Shown: positions 11,485 through 22,325 of the stretch, piece after piece
Numbering within the stretch: the stretch's first letter is position 1
Layout: each line of letters starts with the position of its first letter
Assembly (NCBI GenBank): GCA_963841015.1
Contig: CAWJAX010000001.1
Span: 1 to 29,866 of the forward strand
Length of the DNA stretch: 29,866 nt
Origin: an uncultured Methanoregulaceae archaeon
GTDB lineage: Archaea > Halobacteriota > Methanomicrobia > Methanomicrobiales > Methanospirillaceae
Direction of reading: 5' to 3'
Notes under the pieces: generated by a model
Told to the model about the DNA's origin: nothing
Seen by the model: only the letters and a program-made list of their open reading frames with translations
Databases searched by the model: none
Translations under genes and position numbers: made by a program

Positions 11485-11721
11485 TCAGCTATTGAATATT
11501 TCAGATTGTATTTCTTTATTGATGGTGTTGCACGTCCTGTAGCAGAGTAATGATGCGACAATTCCCAAACAGAGGATTGCAAACGCATTCGACATTTTTT
11601 GCACAGAATCATTATAAAAAACGAAGAGTACCAGAGCTGCGACAATTTCTGCTATTGCCAGCAAGAATAAAATTACCAGTATTGTTATGATGAATTCCAG
11701 TTTTTTTATGGTATTATTCAT
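11485..11721 (-). CDS. Small hypothetical membrane protein (2 TM helices)
   Basis: 78 aa with two long hydrophobic stretches. TATA-like TTATACAA upstream on the minus strand. Confidence 0.55.
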   Translation of the reverse strand: MNNTIKKLEFIITILVILFLLAIAEIVAALVLFVFYNDSVQKMSNAFAILCLGIVASLLCYRTCNTINKEIQSEIFNS

Positions 11722-11879
11722 TATTCATCACTGTGGTTCAATGTAAGGGTGAATATATCTTGTATAATAAAACTTTTTGGTTTCTTTGCCGGATTTGATT
11801 AGGAGACCAGGTGAATGAGTAAAAAAAATATCAGAAACAGGCCCGGAGAAATACGTTCAATCTCAAGCTTAACGCTCGT

Positions 11880-12020
11880 GGGGGTTTCACCCCCGCCGCT
11901 GTGGCTTCCCCCACATGCGATAACTCCTCGGAAAAGATAATGCAACTATCGGAAAGGTAATACATCACTATCGCGCTCAGCGCAGGGGCGGTGCGGGGGG
12001 ACAGGCACTGTCCCCTCCGC
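11880..12020. repeat. Structured intergenic repeat family, most complete copy
   Basis: Hairpin GGGGG-TTTCA-CCCCC, inner inverted pair GCGATA...TATCGC and terminal hairpin GGGGACAG-GCA-CTGTCCCC. Confidence 0.85.
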
Positions 12021-12179
12021 TATTCATGAAAAAGTACTCCTGTTTTTTAGTTCAGGATTCTATTCAGATCCCTCATCAAATACAGGTAAGTTCCATCCAG
12101 GTTTAATTCTCTCAAACGCTACCTTCATGTACATCGCAGAAGTATTGAACAAGCACAATCTAACAATGATGAGTTACCC

Positions 12180-13185
12180 ATGAGCATGCTGAAATTAACC
12201 GGCTGGGTCGAAGTCAACGGCCAGCGACTCACGCCGCAGGAAATAGAGGAAATTCTCAAAGACCGGCCAGATGAGGTGCTCAAATTCGCCGGCGAATTCT
12301 TCTTCGCCGGTCACGGCTGCCGTGCCCGGGACCACTTCGGGATCATGCGGGGCAACTGCCCGAAAGGGACGCTCATCTGCAACGATGTGGTGAAAGGACA
12401 GATTGATCCCGCGGTTCCGGACCTGCCGCTGGAAGAGGCCATCATCACTGCAGTCCGACTCCGCAGCGACCAGGGCGTGTGTGCACTGTCGGGCGGGGTG
12501 GACTCGACTCTTGTGGCACACCTTGCGCAGCGGGAGTGTGTAGCCGTGGGGGTTGCGGACTCCCATGACCTGCAGCAGGCACGGCATGCGGCGGAGATGC
12601 TGGGGCTTTCCTGCTCGTATGTCACGATCAAGCCAGCGGAGATTGCGGCTGCACTGCCCATTGTTGTTAAGGCGATTCCGGTCAAGGATCCGGTCCATAC
12701 GAGCATTGCCCTGACCCAGTACTTTGTTGCCCGCTTTGCGGGGGAGCAGGGGTACCAGCGGATCATTACGGGGCAGGGAGCGGATGAGTCTGTTCGGGGG
12801 TACTCGCGGTACCTGGAGACACCGACGCTGGCTGCGGATCTCGAGCGGGATTTTATCGGGCTCGAACTGCAGGCTGACCGCGACCAGGCAATCGCTGCGC
12901 TGCATGGCTGCCTACCTGTCCATGCCGTATATGGATGTGCGGGTGGTGCGCGCTGCACGCGCGATCCCGGCTGCGGAGAAGGTTGTGGGGGGGCGGCGGA
13001 AGGTGCCGCTGCGGCAGGTGGCAGAACGCCACATCCCGCCGGAGTTCGCCTGGTACGAGAAGAAGGCGATGCAGTACGGGAGCGGGGTCTGGAAGGTGCT
13101 GCAGAAGCTTGCCAGAAAAAATGGTTATAAAGTGTCCCTGCAAGATTACATAAATCATATCAGCGGGGAGGACCATGGCCACTGA
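12180..13185 (+). CDS. Asparagine synthase C-terminal-domain (PP-loop) protein, 1 frameshift near 12907
   Basis: ALSGGVDS PP-loop and TGQGADE motifs; the second frame continues ...RKVPLRQVAERHIPPEFAWYEKKAMQYGSG. Overlaps the gatC start. Confidence 0.85.
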
Positions 13186-13447
13186 ACAGGAAGTCAGACA
13201 TATCGCAGGGCTTGCCGATGTCGGCATCAATACGGAGGAACTGGGCTTGTTTACGCACCAGTTCAATGCTATACTGGACTATTTTGATATCCTCGACCGG
13301 GTATCGGGAGATTCTGCAGTCACCCGAGACCTGTACAACGTGATGCGGGAAGACGAGATCGAACCCTCCCTCCCGCAGGACGAGGTGCTGCGGAACGCTG
13401 CGGCAACAGAAGACGGATTTATCAAAGCACCGCGGGTGATGGAGTGA
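13175..13447 (+). CDS. gatC: Asp/Glu-tRNA amidotransferase subunit C
   Basis: EVRHIAGLA...ILDYFDIL...NVMREDE...DGFIKAPRV; lies directly upstream of gatA. Confidence 0.93.
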   Translation: MATEQEVRHIAGLADVGINTEELGLFTHQFNAILDYFDILDRVSGDSAVTRDLYNVMREDEIEPSLPQDEVLRNAAATEDGFIKAPRVME

Positions 13448-14746
13448 GCGGGCAGGAGATCTCGTTTGCGCCGGATGACCGGTATAATGCGTTCCTCACC
13501 ACCTGCAGCAGGGCCCCGCATGGCACGGGAAAGCTCTCCGGTGTTGCCGTAGCCGTGAAAGACAATATCTCGACAAAAGGCATCGAGACCACCTGCGCTT
13601 CAAAGATCCTCAAAGGGTATGTTCCTCCCTACGATGCCCATGTGGTTGAGCTGCTGAAAAAATCGGGAGCGGCCATTGTGGGCAAGACGAACATGGACGA
13701 GTTCGGGATGGGGACCACCACCGAGAATTCCGCATTCGGTCCCACGCTCAATCCCTGCGATACCGGGCGGGTGCCGGGCGGGTCCTCGGGAGGCAGTGCT
13801 GCTGCGATTGCTGCCGGCATGGTGCGGATGGCGCTCGGTACGGATACGGGCGGGTCCATCCGCTGTCCTGCGGCATTCTGCGGGATCGTGGGGCTGAAAC
13901 CCACGTATGGCAGGGTCTCGCGGTTCGGGCTGATTGCGTACGCAAACTCGCTCGAGCAGATCGGGCCGATGGGAAAGACCGTCACCGATGTTTCGACCCT
14001 GATGGGCGTGATTGCCGGCCATGACCGCCGCGACTCGACCTCCCATAACAAACCGTATACCCATACACCCAAGGCCGGGATCAAGGGGCTGAAGATCGGC
14101 ATCCCGCAGGAGTATTTCGGCGAAGGGGTTGACCCGGCCGTCAGCTGCGGTGGTCAACAAGGCCATTGGCAGGCTCGTGGAACTCGGGGCTACCACGGTC
14201 CCCTGCAGCATCCCTTCGATGGAGTACGCCCTTGCCGCGTATTATGTCACCTGCACCAGCGAGGCGAGCTCGAACCTCGCACGGTTTGACGGCGTGCGGT
14301 ATGGTCCCGGAGGAGATACGAAGAAGACGTGGCACGAGGCGTTCCGGGATGTGCGGCAGGCTGGCTTTGGCACCGAAGTGCGGCGCCGTATCATGCTCGG
14401 CACCTATGCCCTCTCCTCGGGCTATTACGGGAAGTATTATGCCAAGGCGCAGATCGCCCGCGAGAACGTCAAAAAGGATTTTGCGCGTATCTTTGCTGAG
14501 GTCGATGTGATTGCCGGGCCCACGATGCCCACGATTGCGTTCCGGCTGAAGGAAAAGAGCGACCCGCTCGCGATGTACCTCTCGGATATCCTCACGGTCC
14601 CGGTCAACCTCGCCGGCATCCCCGCCATCTCCGTCCCGTGCGGGAAGGCGCACGGCATGCCCGTCGGGCTCCAGATCATGGGCAGGCCCTTTGAAGATGA
14701 ACGCGTGATCGATGTCGCGTACACGTATGAACAGGCGGTGACCTGA
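13444..14746 (+). CDS. gatA: Asp/Glu-tRNA amidotransferase subunit A (frameshift near 14143)
   Basis: Amidase signature [23 protein letters not shown] and [12 protein letters not shown]; the second frame has [16 protein letters not shown] and EVRRRIMLG. Confidence 0.95.
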
Positions 14747-14747
14747 G

Positions 14748-16231
14748 ATGGCCGAGGATCAGGTCATTGTCGGGCTCGAGGTGCACTGCCAGCTCGATAC
14801 GAAGAGCAAACTCTTCTGCGGGTGCTCCACCGATTACCGCAGTGACGCCCCCAACACGCATGTCTGCCCGGTCTGTCTCGGGCTGCCCGGTGCCATGCCG
14901 GTGCTCAACAAGCGTTCGATAGAATACGCGATGCGGGTGGCAAAAGCACTGAACTGCAGCGTGCTCGCAGAATCCGAGTTCTCGCGGAAGAACTACTTCT
15001 ACCCTGACCTTGACAAGGCCTACCAGATCACCCAGTATGACAAACCGCTGGCAGAAGGCGGGTACCTGGAGATCGAGAGCGACGAGGGAGGCGAGAAACG
15101 GATCCGGATCACCCGCATCCATGTCGAGGAAGACCCTGGCCGGCTCGTGCACATGGGCAACGCCGAACGGGGCAGGTACTCGCTGGTCGATTACAACCGG
15201 GCCGGCATCCCGCTGATCGAGATCGTGAGCGAACCGGATATGCGGTCTCCCAAAGAGGCACGGAAGTTCTTGAACAAGCTCCGGGCAACACTCGAGTATC
15301 TCAGCGTCTTTGACTCCGAGAAGGAAGGATCCCTGCGGGTGGACGCCAATATCTCCATCAAAGGCAGTGAGCGGGTCGAAGTCAAGAATATCTCGTCGTA
15401 CAAAGGCGTGGAAAAAGCCCTCCTGTTCGAGATCACCCGCCAGAAGAGCCTGCTCCGCCGCGGGCAGAAGGTGGAACGGGAGACCCGGCACTACCTGGAG
15501 GCACGGGGTGTTACCCAGTCGTCCCGGTCAAAAGAACAGGAGCATGATTACCGGTATTTCCCCGAACCCGACCTGCGTCCCCTGCATGTCCAGTCCTGGG
15601 TGGACGGGATTGTCCTCCCGGAACTGCCGGATGCGAGGCGGGAGCGGTTCATCGCTCAGTACCGGGTGTTCCCTGAACCATGCCCGCACGCTGACCGGAG
15701 AACTCCGGCTGGCAAACTTCTTTGAAACGGTTGTTGCAGCAGATCCACAAGGACTCGCCACGCTGGCAGATACCTGGATTGCCGATACGCTCATCGGTGA
15801 GCTGAATTACCGGGATATGAGTATTGACGCGGTGGACCCGCCCGGGTTTACGGAACTGCTGAACCTTGTAAAAGCAGGCACCATCACCGACAAGAGCGGA
15901 ATTGAGGTACTGCGGGTCATGCTCGACCAGCGCCGGGATCACGCAGCCCTGCGAGACCCCGGCGGCGATTGTTGACCGGCTGGACCTGAGAAAAGGTTCA
16001 TTTGCGGGCACTGCACAATCAGGTAGCAAAAGTACTGGTGCTGACCCCATCCGTACAGCAATAACAGAAGTACTCGCCGAACATCCCGCAGCAGTCGAAG
16101 ACGTCCGGAAGGGAAAGAAAGGGGCATTCAATTTCCTCATCGGGCAGCTGATGAAGAAGACGAGGGGATGTGCAGATCCGGGTGAACTGAACCGGCTGCT
16201 GACCGAAGAACTCACCAGGAAGGGGGAGTAA
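14748..16231 (+). CDS. gatB: Asp/Glu-tRNA amidotransferase subunit B (frameshifts near 15662 and 15942)
   Basis: [35 protein letters not shown] and [10 protein letters not shown], with a YqeY-like tail [14 protein letters not shown]. Confidence 0.95.
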
Positions 16232-16236
16232 GAACC

Positions 16237-19064
16237 GTGCACCTGATTGTCGCAGAAAAGAACATATCGGCACGCCGTATTGCCGAGATCCTGGGCGAAG
16301 GAAAGAAGCTCACCGAGCACAGGGACGCAGGGGTTTCTACCTACAGTTTCGGCGACATCACGACAGTCGGGTTGCGGGGCCATGTTGTCGAGATTGACTT
16401 TGAGCCCGGTACAAGAACTGGCGCAGTGAAGAGGCAACCCCGCGAAGCCTGATCGATGCAAAGACCATCAAGATCCCCACCGAAAAGAAGATCGTTTCCC
16501 TCCTCCAGAAACTCTCCAAGCGGGCTGACCGCGTAACGATAGCAACGGATTTTGATACCGAGGGAGAACTCATCGGAAAAGAGGCTTTTGAGCTGGTCCG
16601 GGCAGTCAACCCTAAAGTTACCATAGACCGGGCCCGCTTCTCCGCGATCACCCCCCAGGAGTTAAAGCACGCGTTCTCCCATACCACCGATCTCGACTTT
16701 GCGCTGGCAGCAGCCGGTGAAGCCCGGCAGTCGATTGACCTGATGTGGGGCGCCGCCCTCACCCGCTTCATCTCGCTTGCAGCCCGCCGGGGAGGGGCAA
16801 ACATCCTCTCGGTCGGCAGGGTGCAGACCCCGACGCTGGGCATGATCGTGGACCGGGAAAAAGAGATCGAGGCCTTTGTCCCGGAAAAATACTGGCAGCT
16901 CTCGCTTGGGTCGGAAAAGTCCGGTGAAGCGTTTGAAGCCCGGCACACGCACGGGCGGTTCCATGAAAAAGCCCCGGCAGAACTCGCCCGCGACCGCACC
17001 AGAGCCCCCCTTGTGGTGACGGATGTCAGATTCGGGGATAAACAGGACCGGGCCCCCTCGCCTTTTGACACCACAACGTATATCGTGGCTGCAGCCCGGC
17101 TCGGGTTCACGGCTGCCAATGCGATGCGGATTGCAGAAGACCTCTACATGAACGGGTTCATCTCGTACCCGAGAACGGACAACACCGTCTATCCCGCTTC
17201 GCTGGATATTGAAGGGATCTTAAAGACCATCCGTGCCTCCCCGTTTAAAAAAGACGTGGAGTGGGTGATGGCCAACCGGCGGGCAGTCCCGACCCGGGGC
17301 AAGAAATCCTCCACCGACCACCCGCCCATCCACCCGACCGGTGCCGCAACCCGCGAACTGCTGGGCGAGGACATATTCCGGATCTACGAGCTCGTGCTGC
17401 GCCGCTTCCTTGCCACCCTTGCACCGGATGCACGCTGGAAGACCTTAAAAGTCCTGTTCGATGCCGGCGGTGAGGAGTATACCGCCACCGGAGGACAACT
17501 GGCCGAACCCGGCTGGCATACCGTCTACCCGTTCAGCGAGGCACAGGAAACTATCCTGCCCCCGTTTGTCGTTGGCGAAAATCTTCCGGTCAGGAAGGTC
17601 AATCTCGAAGAGAAGGAGACCCAGCCTCCTGCACGCTATTCCCAGAGCAAGCTGATCCAGCGGATGGAGGAGCTGGGTCTGGGCACCAAGAGCACCCGGC
17701 ATGAAGTGATCGCAAAGCTCGTGTCCCGCAAATACGTGGAAGGCACGCCCCTCCGCCCGACCCTGGTCGGCAGAGTGGTCACCGAATCGCTGGAACAGCA
17801 TGCCGACATGATCACCCGGCCCGACATGACCCAGACGATCGAGGCCCATATGCAGCAGATCAAGGACAGCACCCGTACCCGGGAGGACGTGATCCGGGAA
17901 TCCCGCCAGATGCTGCACCAGGCGTTTGACCAGCTCGAGGCCAACGAGGCTGTGATCGGTGACGATATCCGGAACAGGACCGCAGAAGAGATGAACCTGG
18001 GCAGGTGCCCGGTCTGCAAAGGCACGCTCGCGATAAAACACCTGCGGGGCAATACGCAGTTCATCGGCTGCTCCAATTACCCGGAGTGCACGTTCAACAT
18101 CGGTCTTCCGATGGCCCAGTGGGGTTTTGCGGTCCGGACCGACGAGGTGTGCGACAAACACAACCTCAACTTTGTCCGGCTCGTGCGGAAAGGTGCCCGG
18201 CCCTGGGATATCGGCTGCCCGCTCTGCCACCACATCAACTCAAATGCAGAGTCCTTAGCCGAGATCCCGTCCATGAACGATGCCTTGGCCAAAAAACTCC
18301 TTGCACAGCACATCTACACGGTCGCAGAACTGGCACGCAGTACCCCGGAGCCTCTTGCAAAGCGTTTGGATCTGTCCATGGAAGGTGCACAACAACTCAT
18401 CAGTGATGCAGCAACCATGCTCGCAAAACTCCGCAGGCGCTCCGAATGCAGGAAATTCATGCGGGACCACCTGATCCCACGCAAAGGACGCAGTTATGCA
18501 AAGATCCTGACCGCTCTCAAAACCGCCGGGATTACCGAACTCTCCGGCCTTGCCCATGCTGATGTAGCGATGCTGAAGGCAGCCGGCATCGGTGAGGAGG
18601 AAGCAAAACAGGTCCTCACCGAGGCAAAAGCCGTGTACTACGGGCAGGTGCTCAAAGAGATCGGAATTCCCGCAGTCAGCCTGAAAAAATATGTCGCTGC
18701 CGGTATTACGAGCCCTGAAGCATTCTGTGACCAGCCGCCCGGCTCGCTGAGCAGACTCACCGGCATGTCCCCGGCTACGGTTCAGCGACACGTCGAACTG
18801 GTCTGCACCCACCTGAAAAAACCGGTACCGAAAAAATTCTCAAAACAACAGCTCGAACGGGGGAAAAAAGAGCTGCTGGCAATCAAAGGAATCGACAGTG
18901 CGACACTTGAAAAACTGTCCCGTGCCGGTATCATCAATGCCACCCTTCTTCTTGAGGCCGACCCGGCAAAACTTGCTGCAGAAACCGGGATTATGGCACA
19001 TGTCATCCAGGACTTCCAGAAAGCCATCCGGAAGAAGCGGGATAACGCGGTCATCGAGATCTAG
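16237..19064 (+). CDS. topA: DNA topoisomerase IA with Zn ribbons and a long C-terminal helix-hairpin-helix extension (frameshift near 16408)
   Basis: LIVAEK, ATDFDTEGELIG (TOPRIM), SVGRVQTPTL, catalytic GFISYPRTD, GLGTKSTR and Zn ribbon CPVC...FIGCSNYPEC. Confidence 0.95.
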
Positions 19065-19095
19065 GATACACACTTTTTTTTAATCCAGCCTTAAC

Positions 19096-19254
19096 TCACC
19101 TTCCTCTTGAGGGAATCCTGCGAATATGGCTGCACTTCCCATCCCTCCAAACAGCACAATCCGCTTTGCGGCATGGTATTAGGAAAAGATCCGATATTTT
19201 GCCATCATTTAAATTAACTTCTGAATTTTTCTGACAACACCAGTACGATTCCAT
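19096..19254 (-). CDS. Cys-rich microprotein, paralog 1 (52 aa)
   Basis: MESYWCCQKNSEVNLNDGKISDLFLIPCRKADCAVWRDGKCSHIRRIPSRGR; homologous to 19885-20061 and 23697-23852. Confidence 0.75.
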   Translation of the reverse strand: MESYWCCQKNSEVNLNDGKISDLFLIPCRKADCAVWRDGKCSHIRRIPSRGR

Positions 19255-19447
19255 GATTTCAGTTCTTGACTCATTTAAAAAAGAAGGGAGTACTGAGGAC
19301 AGGGTGAAAATGATTTGGCTATTAAATCGATACATTACATCGGCGCATGGCATGCTTTAATAATATTCCCAAAAAAAGGAACAAATACTGTCATTCATTA
19401 TAAAAAATCCTTTATATGAATGGTTAAAATTGGAGCGTGTTTTATCG

Positions 19448-19876
19448 ATGAAAAAAATCATGTTAAAACGGATTCTTATCGCGTTGCTTATTGGAACTGC
19501 AATTCTAACAATGCCAGTAATGGCGGATTGTAAAATTGATGTTAAATCTAATCCAACGGGGGCGATGATCTATTTCAATGGGGTTTATACCGGTCACGAA
19601 ACGTCTTATCAGTTTAATTACGTGGACATGCTTCCAACTCCGATTACTCAAGTAAAATTAGTTAAAGATAACCTCGAATGGGTATCAGAGTCACCCTTGT
19701 GCTCTAATCCCGTATGTTTTAACTCACACGTATCTTGTGGGCATGAACTCAATGCAGTATTAACGCCAAAACCCGATATAACCGCTCCCGAGTTCCCCTC
19801 AGCATTCCTCCCAGCAGCCATGATCATCGGCTTCCTTGGAGCCGTGATGCTCATCCAGAGGACAAGAGAACACTAA
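19448..19876 (+). CDS. PEF-CTERM surface protein with PEGA-like domain
   Basis: Signal peptide, a PEGA-like VKSNPTGAMIYFNGVYTG segment, and tail APEFPSAFLPAAMIIGFLGAVMLIQRTREH. Confidence 0.88.
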   Translation: MKKIMLKRILIALLIGTAILTMPVMADCKIDVKSNPTGAMIYFNGVYTGHETSYQFNYVDMLPTPITQVKLVKDNLEWVSESPLCSNPVCFNSHVSCGHELNAVLTPKPDITAPEFPSAFLPAAMIIGFLGAVMLIQRTREH

Positions 19877-19884
19877 CCCTTTTT

Positions 19885-20061
19885 TTATTTGCTCCAGACC
19901 TGGGGTTTATCTGGTTTCCCTGCTTTCCGGATCTGGATACACTCCCCACCCCTCCACTGATCACATTCAGCTTTACGGCATGGTGTTAATGCAATCGGTA
20001 TATCCCTGTGATAAATCAATTCACAAATATCATTTTTCTTCATGCACCACAATGATTCCAT
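19885..20061 (-). CDS. Cys-rich microprotein, paralog 2 (58 aa)
   Basis: MESLWCMKKNDICELIYHRDIPIALTPCRKAECDQWRGGECIQIRKAGKPDKPQVWSK. Confidence 0.75.
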   Translation of the reverse strand: MESLWCMKKNDICELIYHRDIPIALTPCRKAECDQWRGGECIQIRKAGKPDKPQVWSK

Positions 20062-20167
20062 GATTCCCCAGTTTTTATCGTAACCCTTAAGGATGCTGTA
20101 GTAAGGGGAAGGTGAAACTGTATTTCGAAAAAATGTTAGAATGAGATTTTTCCTAATTCTTCTGATT

Positions 20168-20430
20168 TTACCATCCTTCCCAGTCACCGACTAATTGTGT
20201 ATCCCCGGGAATGCCGTAATTGAAGGCGAGGTCAGCAGGACCGGCTGTATTGCTGTTCCTCAGGTAGAATGCACTGTTGCGGTAGATACCGACCGTGTCA
20301 TCGCCATCGCCGTCCCAGTCACCGACTAATGGTATACGGGAATGCCGTATTGAAGGCGAGGTCAGCAGGACGGTCTGTTCCTCAGGTAGAATGCTCTTCG
20401 TATGTAAAATCCGTTCCGTCACCAACTGTA
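20168..20430 (-). pseudogene. Fragment of an FG-GAP/VCBS-like repeat protein
   Basis: One intact unit PLVGDWDGDGDDTVGIYRNSAFYLRNSNTAGPADLAFNYGIPGD plus a deletion-riddled DNA copy of the same unit (about 20315-20425). No signal peptide or N-terminus. Confidence 0.7.
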
Positions 20431-20621
20431 TAACCGGGTACACCACAAAGTAAGGACAGTCCTCGTATCTCGTGGGGAGTCATAACAATTTCTCCCTCAT
20501 CGCTGATTACTCTGCTTTTCATGGGAAAGATCGAGATGAAACTATCCAAAGATCACTTGAGAACCTCACATCGTCCTTCCCCTGGCAGATAATACGGGAG
20601 GGGATTTGTGTCCCGACTTGT

Positions 20622-20849
20622 TCAGGGTTTGTTCTCAATACGGTAGATCTCCATTTTATAACCAAAGATTGCATTTTTCAGTTTTACCGCTTGTTGTGTT
20701 TTGAAATATGCCCAGACTACCGCTGACAAAATCACGAGTAATCCAAGGATAAAAAACCCAATACTTAACCCCATAAAAAAAGTCAGGCAGGATACAATAC
20801 CGATACCTGCTACGATAAGAGGGCCATGCTGGGTTGCTGTTTTCAGCAT
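20622..20849 (-). CDS. Small hypothetical membrane protein
   Basis: Two hydrophobic helices. The frame stays open upstream to about 20935 (LTPKERDIEKLKNKIQESEN), so the true start is uncertain. Confidence 0.5.
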   Translation of the reverse strand: MLKTATQHGPLIVAGIGIVSCLTFFMGLSIGFFILGLLVILSAVVWAYFKTQQAVKLKNAIFGYKMEIYRIENKP

Positions 20850-21018
20850 ATTCTCCGATTCCTGGATTTTATTTTTTAACTTCTCAATATCCCTTTCTTT
20901 CGGAGTCAGAATTTCACCGTCAGTATCCAGAAATATCCTTTATTGTTTCATCCTTAATTTAATTTTGATAATTTCAGAGAATTTTCCGAAAAAAAGGGAT
21001 AGGATTTTTTTAAAGCGG

Positions 21019-21714
21019 TTATAGTACTTTGAGTTCTTCTATTACCGGAAAATCATACCCCAGACTGTTTCCATTTGCCAGATTGAGATCCAGCCCTTGG
21101 GTGATTCGTTGCCCGGCATTGACTTTTTGCACAAATGTACTCCGTGCTGAATCCCCCAGTTTGGCACCGCTCCGGCCATCGATATATTCATAGCCGCAAC
21201 TGACTGCCCCGGCCATCCGGAGATCTTTTTTGGATGGATTGATAAACTCTATCATGACTGAAAGGTGATCGCCGTTTTTGTGACATTCCAGAATCCGTGC
21301 AGTCGGTTGCTTTATCACCACATCCTTGCGTAACTGCTCACTGAAATCGATGGTCACATACTTTCCGAACCTGATTGTCACATTTTCCTGTACGCAGACA
21401 AAATCTGCACAGACCCCGATAGTGTGGTTCCCTTCAGGAGTCATCAGGTACAGGGATGAAGTCGGATTCACCATCCCGACAGTCAGGTTATCAAGAATGA
21501 CGGACAGGTTTTCCGGATAGGAAAATCCGGCAACAGACACAACAAGGGATCCTTGTAACGGTGAGGTACTATTGGGGGTAGTAGGTGCAGGTATCACTGA
21601 ATTCTTTGTATCGGAGGATGCGTTCACTATATTCTTATCCGTCGTGGCTACACACCCGGCAGCAAGGATGAGTCCGATAGCGGTAAACAGGGCAAATGGC
21701 ACAGCTGGTTTCAT
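21019..21714 (-). CDS. Hypothetical lipoprotein
   Basis: Lipobox MKPAVPFALFTAIGLILAAGC. The signal peptide and upstream DNA are homologous to those of the gene starting at 3347. Confidence 0.8.
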   Translation of the reverse strand: MKPAVPFALFTAIGLILAAGCVATTDKNIVNASSDTKNSVIPAPTTPNSTSPLQGSLVVSVAGFSYPENLSVILDNLTVGMVNPTSSLYLMTPEGNHTIGVCADFVCVQENVTIRFGKYVTIDFSEQLRKDVVIKQPTARILECHKNGDHLSVMIEFINPSKKDLRMAGAVSCGYEYIDGRSGAKLGDSARSTFVQKVNAGQRITQGLDLNLANGNSLGYDFPVIEELKVL

Positions 21715-21763
21715 AGAGGATTCTGGTACAGGACGTATTTTTTTACGTTGGTAATAGTATGTT

Positions 21764-21783
21764 GCAAGGCACTGTGGCATTGC
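21764..21783. promoter_or_regulatory. Candidate palindromic operator
   Basis: GCAAGGC-ACTGTG-GCATTGC, 50 bp upstream of the start at 21714. Confidence 0.55.
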
Positions 21784-21906
21784 CGGATTACCTTTTTTTA
21801 TCAGAACAGGTGATTGAGGAAGAAAGCTTTGCAACCATACCCTGATGACAATCCTTTTTCAGGCTTGTCGCACCATGGGGTCAGACCCCCTGAGAGGAAG
21901 TGCAGC

Positions 21907-21936
21907 ATCCGGGAGAATAATTCCGGACATGATGCA
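21907..21936. repeat. 30-bp direct repeat, left copy
   Basis: ATCCGGGAGAATAATTCCGGACATGATGCA; 27/30 identical to 23144-23173. Confidence 0.7.
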
Positions 21937-22325
21937 CTCTAAAAAATAAGGGTAACGTGTTATAGTTGCCCCTGAATTTTTCATAAAATCTTTGTGAAAA
22001 TCCTCCAGGAATCAATAGGTATAACGCTCCCGGGGGCTTTTGCACAGCCTCCACTCCTGCAGCTGTTGCGACCCCCCCGGTGCGATACTTTTTTTTATTT
22101 TGACATATCAATCATCCAAAAACCAATTACTTCTGGAGCTTATACGTCTCAATTTACTTTGAACTCCATTAGGGGGAAAACAAACTGGAATTGATATAAT
22201 ATTTTGCCATTGGCGCATGTAATGAATCTAGAACCATCAGTATTCACCTTGTTTTTGCCACAATCTTCCTGTTGAACAGGACATTCAATATATTTTTTGA
22301 CGAAAGGTTTGTAAAATAGGGGTGG

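Noticed and set aside
12180-19064. Frameshifts in asnB-like, gatA, gatB and topA as programmed frameshifting or pseudogenisation
   Set aside because: Single-base indels are scattered through core genes with no common slippery motif, which is best explained by unpolished sequencing errors.
12195-19073. Long antisense and alternate-frame ORFs over the housekeeping block (e.g. 12195-12905, 14676-15491, 17445-18233)
   Set aside because: These are shadow ORFs of GC-rich genes with no recognisable motifs.
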